Source: Ostrea edulis | Taxonomy: Eukaryota | Reading direction: 5' to 3' | DNA: 64,000 nucleotides | Assembly: GCF_947568905.1 (NCBI RefSeq) | Contig: NC_079166.1 | Location: 14,384,001-14,448,000, forward strand | Part shown: positions 49,052 through 61,669 of the stretch, in pieces | Layout: the number at the start of each line of letters is the position of its first letter | Numbering within the stretch: the first letter of the stretch is position 1 | Notes under the pieces: model-generated | What the model was told of the DNA's origin: nothing | The model's database searches: none | Seen by the model: only the letters and a program-made list of their open reading frames with translations | Position numbers and translations under genes: made by a program

Positions 49052-51440
49052 ATGTTCAGTATATCATCCACCGTTGTGATTACTTTCGCATTAATGACCG
49101 GCCTATATGGACAATTCCGTAAGTTTTGTAGGCATATTTTATTACATTGTACATGTATGTAAGGCAAGAATCATGATTTTTGGTCTAACAAATTATACTG
49201 CATGGCTTTTTTTTTTTAACTTCAAGATTGATAATTATGGCTGATATTAGCAGTTTGGTATCATGCCGTCAAACTCTTGATAGTTAAGTTAGCACCCAAA
49301 TGTCTATGCAATCACATTAAGAATATTTGCAAGAAAAATCACTCTATATAGCAATTGTTTTATGTCAAAGGAACTCGTGTCGCACCCATCAGCTTTGAGA
49401 TAAATAAATTACAGGTTTTTTTTATATCATTGTTTCACATAAAAGTTTTAACGTTACACTGCTTATCACTTTTTATGTTTTGGAATCCCATGCCCGTCAA
49501 AATATATTCCATTATAATTAATTGTATACCTAATAGCTAAGAAATCGCCACTTACACTTGCGAACAAATCCACCTTTTCGGTAGTTATAAACTCGTAGAA
49601 ATACACTATCAAAAATTCATATTTCTTCTTTGATTTAGTGATACATTTCCGGACCAGCAGACCATACGTTTACCAAAATGACGTAATAACATGTATTGTT
49701 CGTTCACGTGGTCCATTGTTCTTACTAAAGATGGGACTCGTCTCTGCAAACATTGTTATTCGTCAACACTTGACCAACGGAACACAGGTGGATCTAACTA
49801 CATGTCCAGTGGATAGTGAATTAGACGATTCTACATGTAGTGCAATACTTGTAAACTTGGAATGTAAAGGAACTGCGAGACTTACGTGTTCAGTTATAGA
49901 CTTTCTAAACAATGCAACTGAATCCAGAGGGATGCAAATAAGATTTCTTGGTAAGTATTTCATACAATATAGATCGTTTTCGCCGTCATTCCTTAACGGT
50001 TGTTGATCAAATCATATTTCTTCACAAGTATTGTAAATTCAGTGCCGATGATGGTAAAAATGTCTCTATGATTATTTTTACTGTATTTATTTAATGCATC
50101 GGTCAATTTGAAAGCTTTATTTATATGTGCTCTTATTTTTAAAACTCTAAATAAGTTATATATGTATATACAGGCATGTACAATCAGAATGATTGATTGA
50201 TTGATTGAATATTGTTTAACGTCCCTCTCGAGACTATTTCACTCATATGGAGACGCCACCACTGCCGGTGAAGAGCTGCAAAATTTCGGCCTATGCTCAG
50301 CGCTTATGGCCTTTGAGCAGGGAGGGATCATTGTCGTGCCATACCTGCTGTAACACAGGGCCTCGTTTACCGCCCCATTCAGTCGGCTTCTAGGACAAGC
50401 AACGGGTACTGAGAACCTATTCTAACCTGCATCCCCACGGGACCAATCAGAATGAATACGGGAGCATGGTCCTAACTTTTTTTGACAACGACCATTATTT
50501 GTTATTTCGTGACGGTCACCCCCCCCCCCCCCGAACTATTTTTTATAGTAGCATTAGATAGGAACAATATAAGCTTGGAAGTTATAAATAAGAATTGTTT
50601 AGCGAAGTATGGGCATTAAAAGATACAGATGATTTGCTGCCATTCAATGGCCCCGATAGGCATAGTGTAAACAGTAAAACATGTAAAAGTATGTATGATA
50701 AAGATATTTATATAAAAGCCTAGACAACAATAGTAGGTACTCAGGAACTAGGTTTCAGGAACATTACATGTATATTACATCATGTTTAATAATACATTGT
50801 AATCATTCATCACCTCATAACACCATGACATTCTTAATTGTTCCACATCGTAACAAAAGTTACCATCCCATGAAATATATACAATATGTAAGTTACATGA
50901 CTGCTTGTGTTATGAATAATTAACACAAACAAGTTAAATGTGTAAAGATGAAAGGTGAAGGTAACGAACAGTGATCAATCTCATAACTCCTATAAGCAAT
51001 GCAAAATAGAGAGTTGGATAAACACGAACCCCTGGATATACCAGAGGCGGGATAAGGTGCCTAGGAGGAGTAAGCATCCCCTGTCGACCGGTCACACCCG
51101 CCGTAAGCCCTATACATTGATCAGGTAAACGGAGTTATACGTAGTCAAAATCAATGTGCCAAGAACGACCTAACAATCGGTATGAAACACGTCAGACAGC
51201 ATTTGACCCAATGATAGGTTGTATTGGCAAACTAGATCGTTATAACGACCATAGAATTTGCGAAATGCTGACTTTAAACGAGACTTTTGGAACCCCTGCA
51301 CCATTAACTTGTTTGTCAGTAGGCTGCTTTCTATTCTGTATTGTTTTAGGAGGTATGAGATTGATACTGTTCGTAATCTTCACCTTCCATGTAATATATG
51401 TCTTTTGATAAAGACATGGGATGCGCAAACACACACACAT

Positions 51441-51506
<66 letters not shown>

Positions 51507-54500
51507 TACTCTGTATCTTTAAATACGTTACAGATACAACATCTGTGGGGTCATTCTACACTCGCTATAAGGGAGCTGATAACTACAGTTCTACTCAGAC
51601 ATTTCTTCCTGGAGCTTTGGTTAAATTGATATGCATTGGGAACGTTTCTATGGTGACAGGACGATCCTTTAAGGTATTTCATGTAACTTATGAAGCTCTG
51701 ATCTTTTAAAACATGTTTTATAGACGTCTCCTTATTCAGTGTCCAAATTTAGGCGGTACATCGTACAGCTGATATTGTCAGAGAAATGTCATATGCTTCT
51801 CAACACTATGTGCTCAGAAGACACAAAACGTTAGTATTAAGCTTAATTTGATTTCAATTAATAAAAATATATACAACCTGTCATTAGGCAGAATGTTGTC
51901 TGAAATGTTTCATACCAATTGTTAAAGTCGATTACACACTGATTTTCACTACGGATTAGTCCGTTTACCTGTTCAGTGAATATGCCTCGCGATAAGACAT
52001 TTCAACAAGGATGTTTACACCCCCCAAGCCCCCAATCCCACCTCTGGTGTTTCCAGGTTTCCGTGTTTGCCCTATTTTCAATTCTGTATTGAATTTCATT
52101 ATGGGATTTATGGGATTAATCTCTATTCATAAATTTTACTTTTTTCATGAAAACGTCTTAGTGTTGTGGAGAAAATGCATTATACTGCTGATAATATTTA
52201 TTAAATACATCCACAAAGATGATGGAACAGAAATCAAGATCTAGGAATTGAAGACAACGCTTGATAAAAAAATAAATAAAGAATTGTCCTTTGATGTATG
52301 TTTTAAACGTTTGTTTTGTTGTTGGGCTTGTTGTAGAAATTAACATTATCCCGAAGGAATGGAATCCTTCATTTACAAAATCTCCCAACGGTGAACGTAT
52401 TGAAGAACTGGGACAATGAATGCACCGTCCAGCAACAGGTTTCTGTTTTCCTATACTTGAAGGAAGAGGAGCATTCGTACTCAGAATTCCGATGTGGAAC
52501 AGAGCGTAGATACATACGTTGGAGAGGGAAAACGCCTCGAAAATATATCAGATTAAAAACAGAAAAGGGTATGTAATAATAATAATGATAAATAAATAAA
52601 ATTGATATAGCACCTTATATAAAACAAATTACTCTATGGCGCTTTACAGGGGTAGAGATGAGGAATGTCCAATAAAACACAGATGGAATGACAGTAAAAT
52701 CTTACATCTGTAAAATTATCAAAATCAAACATTATTATTAAAATCGATACCTAAAGTTGTTTTTTATTTGTAGAGCTCTATGAAAAGTATCTAAAAAGCA
52801 CTCAACAATGTTTGAAAACGCATCCTTTTCAAATATTTTTTATTGCTTTTTAGATACTTTTCATAGATTATTAAAAATACAAACATCAAACTCTCCGGTT
52901 AGTAAACACACATAAAATATCAGATTTCTAAAACAACATGAAAAAATAATAAGTTAAAACGCTATTGGCACAAATGTTCTAAGGAGAAAACTAATAATTA
53001 CACAGAAAAAACAAAATCACAGATCACACATTAGAAGCATAAAAAATAGATGGATTTCTAAATTTCTTATGTAGATTACTTATTATGACCTTATTATACA
53101 TGCTAGGTTGATGAGAGATGGCATAGCTGCAAAAAATGTACAAATGTACAGGTAAATATTCTAATTTCAGAAATCCCGATCACAGTTCCCATTTGATATT
53201 ACGAAATATCATAATGAATTTCACGATCGGAACTTCCGACAGCAACAACGCGCAACATATGGTCCATCATAGAACTCAACATTTTAATATACATGGGGGA
53301 TGTTGCTGGACCATTGAATAAGAATTATTCCCACACGATTATATGTTTGGTAAAAGGCTGTTATTTTTTCCCCTAACGATGGCTTGTTTAAGGCTACAAT
53401 TATTAGTGATAGAAATTAAACTTATTTTGAAATTAGGACATGGACTTCACTTCTCACATGGGAATCATCTCAAAATCAAGCGAGAAGACGTATGAGATAA
53501 ATAGAACATATATAATTGCAAGCCTCGCGAATAAATACACCATATCAACTCGTTAGATACAGGGGTTTCAACAGTCTCGATTGAAGTCAGCATTTCGCAA
53601 ATTCTATGGTCATTATAACGATCTAGTTCGTCAATACAACCTCGCATTGGGTCAAATGCTGTTTGACGTGTTTCATACCGATTGTTAAGCCGTTCTTGGC
53701 GCACTGATTTTGACTGCGGATAACTCCGTTTACCTGATCAAGATATAGGGCTCACGGCGGGTGTGACCGGTCAACAGGGGATGCTTACTCCTCCTAGGCA
53801 CCTGATCCCACCTCTGGTGTGTCCAGGGGTCCGTGTTTGCCCAGCTATCTATTTTGTATTGCTTGTAGGAATTATGAGATTGATCACTGTTCGTTATCTT
53901 CACCTTGCATTCAACTATTTTCCGCATGCAAGGTATTTCATTCCAATTGATTTTTATAGTATGGCATGATAGCAACTAGATTAACATATATGTATTTACA
54001 TGCAATAACACCTGTTCAATATGAATGGATTTGATTTGAACCTAGTTATTGCTGTTGTACAGCCAACTATAGAAAAATTCTGTTGAAAGAAATCATAAAG
54101 TCAAATAGCCTCAAAAGTTTAGATTGTAGGATTCTTTAAATGATGTGATTATTTCCACCTGTAACTTTGATTGAATTTTTAAAAATGTAAATCAATATAC
54201 ACTGTATTTCATTAATTGACTTATAGCACAAAAAGCATAGAATCAGTATTTTTTCCGTTTTAATGTTTTTGATTTTGACAAAGGACGTATACGGGCTTCA
54301 TACTATGAATCTCTATAAAACGTAAGCTATAGTTTGAAATGGTTTGCTCATTATTTTGTATTGACCTATATTTGACCGTTGTTTGTGAGAAACATTTTAA
54401 TTCGAAAGCCAATTATTTCTACAGCGGAAATAACACGGAAGGATTACAGTGTTTTTGTTATTGTAGCATAATATACAAACAAATGTGTTCCGGCCTGCAT

Positions 54501-57500
54501 TTATCAAACAAAGCTGGCTTGGTTTTCCCAAAAAGTCTCAAACTCGAGTTTTAGTTTTCTTTTATTTGAGTAGTCAAAATTTTAGCAAAATCTCAGACTT
54601 AAATCGAAGTTAGTTTCCAGAAATTTCGGTCTGAAGTCGCAATTTGTATTGGTAGAAAGTGTATAACTTATAACCAATGAAAGGTGAAGGTAACGAACAG
54701 TGATCAATCTCATAACTCTTATAAGCAATACAAAACAGATAGTTGGGCAAACCTGGACCCCTGGGCACACCAGAGGTGGGATCAGCTGTCTATGAGAAGT
54801 AAGCATCCCCTGTCGACCGGTCACATCCGCCGCGAGCCCTATATCTTAATCAGGTAAACGGAGTTATACGTAGTCAAAACTAGTGTGCCAGGAACGGCCT
54901 AACAATCGGTATGAAACATGTAAGACAGCATTTGACTCACTGAGAGGTTGTATTGATGAATAGATCGTTATAACGACCATTGAATTTGTGAAATGCTGAC
55001 TCCAATCAAGACTGTTGAAACCGCTGTACCATCAACTTGTTTGTCAGTAGCTTGCCTCGATTTAAAAACTGACTATGCCCAGAACAAGCTCTTGCGTATC
55101 GAATCAGTTGAGATATATAAACACCATATGCAGGTGATAATGGAACATTGCTACATGAATATGGGAAGTTGACGATGGAGAAGCTGAAATCATCCTGTTT
55201 GCCATACAGTTGAGTTGTCAGTTTGCCGTTAATGTCTACTTTCAATACAATATCTAAGTATGAAGCAGAAGTGGTCGACTCTGTGGTGTCCTTTATTTCG
55301 AGCTCACAGGGATATATCAAATCGACATATGAATGAAAATTAATATAATTGTTAAAAGACAAAACGTCATCAATATATCGAAATGTCGAATTGAAGGTCA
55401 CAGTGTATACCTCAGGGACACGAATGTTTAGATTGTGATCATTTAATGTGAAAATAACCAGACAAACTGAGCAAATATTTGGAACTTCACATATCTGTGT
55501 TCGAAAGGATGCGTCACTGGCAAGAATATAGACTTACTGTTCACAGACCATTCACAAACCAAGTATTCAAATACAAATGTCAGTTTGCCGTTAATGTCTG
55601 CTTTCAATAAAATATCTAAGTATAAAGCAGAAGTGGACAACTCTGTGGTGTCTTTTATTTCAAGCCCACAGGGATATATGGAATCGACATATGAATGAAA
55701 GTTATCATTGTTAATAGACAAAGTTCAATGCTTTATATTCCTAAGGTTATGTCCAATTAATTACTAAATGTACATATATAGCATTAACATTTAAAAAATA
55801 TAATGTAAGCATGCGGGTTATACATATACGTCTTTTGTGGGATCTGATTACGCTTTTTTGCCCTGGTAATAAATGTGACAAGATATTGTATTCACTTTAC
55901 AAATCTCACTAAAACGTAAGAAATGGACGTCTAGTTTATCATTAATTTTACACATCTCATTTTCTGTAATATATATGATATGGTCACCCACATGCCCAAG
56001 AGAGCAGAAGGTGATTCGTTATATCTGTATTTGAAATAAATATGAAAATATAAAAGCAAACTATCAAAAATAACCCCTGATAGAAATGGTAAAAATTCAC
56101 GAAACGGCTTTCACGGAACCGTGGACAGTTTGCATGACATATTTAATGGTTTGCACGGAGCGATGAATGCTTTGGGAGTATAGTAGTACGCCTCACGGAG
56201 CGATGAATGCTTTGGGAGTATAGTAGTACGCTTCACGGAGCGATGAATGCTTTGAGAGTATAGTAGTACGCTTCATGGAGCGATGAATGCTTTAGGAGTA
56301 TAGTAGTACGTCTCACGGAGCGATGAATGCTTTAGGAGTATAGTAGTACGTTTCACGGAGCGATGAATGCTTTAGGGGTATAGTAGTACGCTTCAGTATG
56401 TCTAGATGTTGATGACTGGTAGATATGTTTCTAGTTTATTTATCTATTTTAACTAATTAAAGCAGAAAGCTATATCCATGGTCCAGAGACTGTCACAACC
56501 GATGAGTCAGAAGATAGAGTACTCCTTTCCATGACTTGTGATGCAATGACTAATCTAGACAATTCAACAGATGTTGCGGTAAATATCATACGGCATTGTT
56601 AATTGTTCTCTACTGTAGTTTTCTGTTTTACGAAAAGGACGCCAACATTTTTATTGCGATATTAATTGCTATGAATGTTGAAATGGATTACAAATAATTT
56701 TTGCACATCAAAATCAACCACCACACTGTTTATTTTTGTTTCTTGGTTATGTTTTGGAAACTTTTTTTCTGTGTTTCTGTGTGTGTCTTTCGTACTCCGA
56801 CTGAAGTTTTAATTGTTTGTTAACTTGTATCTGTACGGTATAACTTACATCTACAATGAATGAGGTAACATTTTATCAGTAAGTTACCAAGGTTTGAGTT
56901 TTCAAGAAAAGAGAAAAAATTCTGTAAAAACAATATTCATTTAACAAGCTCGTTACTGGATGAGGAAGGGAATATAATGACTTATGCTCAATTCAAAATA
57001 TTATAACATTAAAACTTTCTTGGAGTAACACAAGCAGTAAAGAAAATGATGAGATATCTTAATAATGATCGACTGATTAAAGAAGAACTGATTGTTCCCT
57101 TACACATTATAACATGACTAGGCAATAAAACCAACAATAGAAAAATTTACAGATTATTGAATTCTAGCAAAGATAAACCAACTGAACAAAAAATGGGATA
57201 AACAATTTGAAATGCAAGGTGAAGATAACGAACAGTGATCAATCTGATAACAATATCAAGAATGGAGAGCAATTCATAAGGATGTTTTTTATGAAAACGA
57301 AATATAGTAAATTACATTGGTTACAATATGAAAGGTGAAGATAACGAACAGTGAACAATCTCATAACTCCTACAAGCAATACAAAATAGATAGTTGGGCA
57401 AACACGGACCCCTGGACACACCAGAGGTGGGATCAGGTGCCTAGTAGGAGTAAGGATCCCCTGTCGACCGGTCACACCCGCCGTGAGCCCTATATCCTGA

Positions 57501-60500
57501 TCAGGTAAACGAAGGTATCCGTAGTCAAAATCAGTGTGCCAAGAACGGCCTAACGATCGGTATGAAACACTTATATCGAGTGAATCATATAATTTTAATT
57601 ACAAATACCTTTTTGAAAATGATTGAGAAATCAGACAACGATCTATGCACTTTTGTTTAAAGGAGATAGAATCATTGGAACACATTATGTATGATTGTGG
57701 AAAAAGTCAGTATTTATTAAAGAAATATGCAACGTTGGTCTAATGAAATATTTTCATTTAATATCATAACTGATAAAAAAAACTTTTATCCTTGGATGTT
57801 AAAAATTGAAATGGTAAACTTTCTAAATTACCATTTGAAACATTGTATAGACTTCTTCAAATGTAAAGACAATTGTCATTGAATAAAGTTAAAGCCATCT
57901 GGACTAATGTATAAAAAGTAGAAAAATAAATTACAAAGAAAAATATTTGTACAGATCAGTTTGAAAAGAAGTGGAAATTATTTGAAACATTAATTCAAAT
58001 ATAACGTAAACTATGTTGCAACAAAATATGCTAAAATGTTTCCTTTTAGTATTATATGTATTTGTTAGAAACAAATTCTTAAGAAGTGAGGTAAATGATC
58101 AAAATTTGTATAAAGAAGTATTTTTGGATACCAACCTAGGCATTACTACATACATCAGATTGTTGATTATTATAGCATGATATTTCTGAACTCAGCCAGA
58201 GTATATTGTCAATTTTTTCTACTTTCTTTACTTCTAGCCTTTGTTTAGCATGAAAGTTTGTCCGTGTGAATATGTGAGTAAAAGAACTGGAATTCTTAAA
58301 ACCCTGTACCTCCTGGTCAGGTCGGGTTGCAAGGGCTATGTAAAAACCTGACTATATACATGAATACATGTTATTGTATACAAAAAAGGAAATGGATTAC
58401 AAATTGCAATGAGAAATTGGCGACTACATACATGTATCTATAGGTTACACGAAGAAGAAAATATCCATATTGATCAGATGCCCGAAAAACCAAAAAGTCT
58501 AAATTTTTGTATCTGAAGTCAAAAGAATCCAACATGCTAACAAGCAACAACATAAACAAATACAATGGTTACGATAGTTTTGACATCAAGCTAATGTTTC
58601 CCCATAAATGATTAGTTGATGGATTGTATATTGTTTAACGTCCCTCTTGAGAATTTGTCATTCATATGAAGAAGCTCCCAAAATGAAATACATTTTTTGT
58701 ACATTTAGTACAATGTCGCAGTCAAAACAATGTTTCTTTGGTATCTTTATAGCTTTTTTCTAATTTCATGATGACTGGTTATTTTAAGAAGATGAAGAAA
58801 TTTCAAAGCTTATGATACTACTATGTATACCAGTAAATATGAACACAATTCATGAACAATAGATCATATATGTCGTTCGTTTCGTTTGCTCCATATCGCA
58901 CAACGTTAAAAATGGTCAACAGAGAAGATCGAATGCGATTTTGTCGAAACGCGTATGAGCAACAATCGTCTTTTGATGTGCAATCAGGACTGTGACATTT
59001 GCAATTATTCATTTAAAAGAAAATGATATAGTCGATATGGTCGACAAATCTGACAAATTCCTTGATGTATGTTGTATAAGCTAGATATATCTATCATGAA
59101 ACTAACTCTAATGATCTTTTAAATAATGTAAAAAAAAATTGAAATCAATATAAGGAAAAGCTTCTCTTCTTTATTCTTACACGTGCAACAGAACATAAAT
59201 GTTAATCTTCTTAGCGAAGGTACAGATACATATAACAAGTGGCATTCCCACGAGGCTCTAATCTAGATTTAAATATATGTAATTTACAAAATAGAATAAA
59301 ATCGTCACACAGAACCATGGAAAAAACAAAATTAGTAAATACAGGTTTAAAACTTGCATTTGGAAATTGGTAAACTACACAAGTCATGGTAATATGAAAA
59401 ATTATCGTTTGACTGTCCTATTAATCAAGACATGTTTCAGGATATACGATGGTGCATCAGAAAAGAAAATGACACACGATATGTCAGCCTCCCTCTTCAA
59501 GAGAGACCGAATGGTGAGGCTTTCAACACATCATTAGGCAGGAAGCTGACGAGTGTCGTTCTCTATCAATTGCTGAAAAGTGATAGAAATGTAGAAATTA
59601 TCTGCGAAACAAACTATTCCGAAACATGTGGATCTGGAGCTCTTCGCGGTTCTGCTGTCTTTAATGAAGACCCGATGGAAAAGATGACAAACACTAGTTT
59701 TAATTCGATCACATGTAAGTATTCTACAAAAGTACATCTCACCTGAGTGGAGTTGAAATGATTGAGGTTATTTCTATATACTTTTTAGAGGAAATTTCTT
59801 TTGCTAAATATATGGAGATAACAAACTTTAGCCAGGTAAAACTAACCTTTTAAAAAAAGTCAAAGAGCATTTAGAAATTTGAGAACATAAAACCTCTCCC
59901 AAATCAGCAACATAAATACCTACGTAGTCTAGCCTTTGTGATCAGATCTTCCAACAGTCTGTTGGAATTCCCATTGTGGTCCAATTTTGACCTGTTACTT
60001 TATTTATACGAGGCATTAATTATCAAAAAGCTTCTGCATGGGAAAAAATAAATCTCTTGCCACGACCTTCAACTCGACATTTAAACATATCGACTACATT
60101 TTATATACTAACTATACTCATTTCATTTATAGGTCGATTCGATATATTCCAGTGAACAAGAAATAATAGATACTACAGAGGCCTACACTATGCTTCATAC
60201 TTAGATATTTTATTAAAATAAATGAAAAAATAAACAACAACTTTATGACTTACGGGGAGACTTCATCTTCTCCATATTCAACAGATAGTGTTTATGTCTC
60301 TCATCAAGAAATTTCCTGCGTATGATCAGATTTTAAATTGAGGCTGGCAACTGACAAACAAGTTATGCCACTGGGGTTTCAATAGTCTCGCCTAATGCCA
60401 GGATTTGTATAAATTATATGGCCGTTATAATGATTTAAAATACAGTCTGCCATTAGATGAAATGCTCTCTGACGTATTTCAGTCCCATTGTTCGGCTCTG

Positions 60501-61597
60501 CTTTCCATATCAATCTTGACTGCGGATTACTCCGTTTAAATAGGGTAAACGGCGGGTGTCACCAGTGGAATAGGGTAAACGGCGGGTGTCACCAGTGAAC
60601 AAGGGATTCTTTCTCCTCCTTCGCACCTGATTCCACCTCTGGTGCGTCTAGGGGTCCGTGGTTACTCTACTCTTAATTTTGTATTCTTTAAGGGAATTGT
60701 GAGATTAGGCGTTGTTCCTTGTGTTGAATTTTTCATGTAATGAAAGTAATGACACTTTTACTCTACAAAACTGTAGCATCAAAATATTGCTCTCTCAAAG
60801 AATTTAACACAGTGAAAGGTGAAGGTAACGAACAGTGATCAATCTCATAACTCCTATAAATAATGCAAAATAGATAGTCGGGCAAACACGGACCCCTGGA
60901 AACACCAGAGGTGGAATCAGGTGCCTAGGAGGAGTAAGGATCCCCTGTCGACCGGTCACACCTGCCGTGAGCCCTATATCTTGATCAGGTAAACGGAGTT
61001 ATCCGTAGTCAAAAACAATGTGCCACGAACGGCCTAACAATCGGTATGAAACACGTCAGATAGTAAATCAAAGGTTTTTGAAGCTTTTGAAATCAGAGTT
61101 TTTATTTGTTTGTTTTGTTTACTTTAAAACCTTAAATTTTCTTTGCTGATTTTGATTCAATAAATGATTACATTTTACCACATCAAATCAACGTTTCAAA
61201 CATTTTAGTTCAGTAACTCTTGAGTGTGTCTTAGTAGGACTGGACCGATTATGAAGTGACCATTATTAATACTGTTTATTAAGCAATGTTGATTAAGTGA
61301 ATTGTATTTTTAAGTAGGCGTAATTGAAGAAATGAGTGAAAATTTACTTTGCTTTTTATGATTTGATTTTAGCAGCTGCTGCAGACGTTGTATGTGATGT
61401 TTCTTATGTGTATGTTGCGACTGCTATGATGGTTGTTGGTGTAGCCAGTCTCATAGCGGGTGTTATTGCCTGTTGTAAGGTAAAACAAAGAGGTAAGTAC
61501 TTTGTATCAAATTTTTAAAAAAACACAAACAACAACATAAGATGCGGTAGAAAAATCTAAGACTATGAGAAATAGCTGTATGCAAGATTTATATCTG

Positions 61598-61669
<72 letters not shown>

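Noticed and set aside
53745-53845. HDV-like ribozyme or SECIS in the PLE-like 3' end
   Set aside because: I could not build P1.1, a valid G1 pair or the C75 junction, and there is no AUGA/GA quartet; kept only as a generic structured end.
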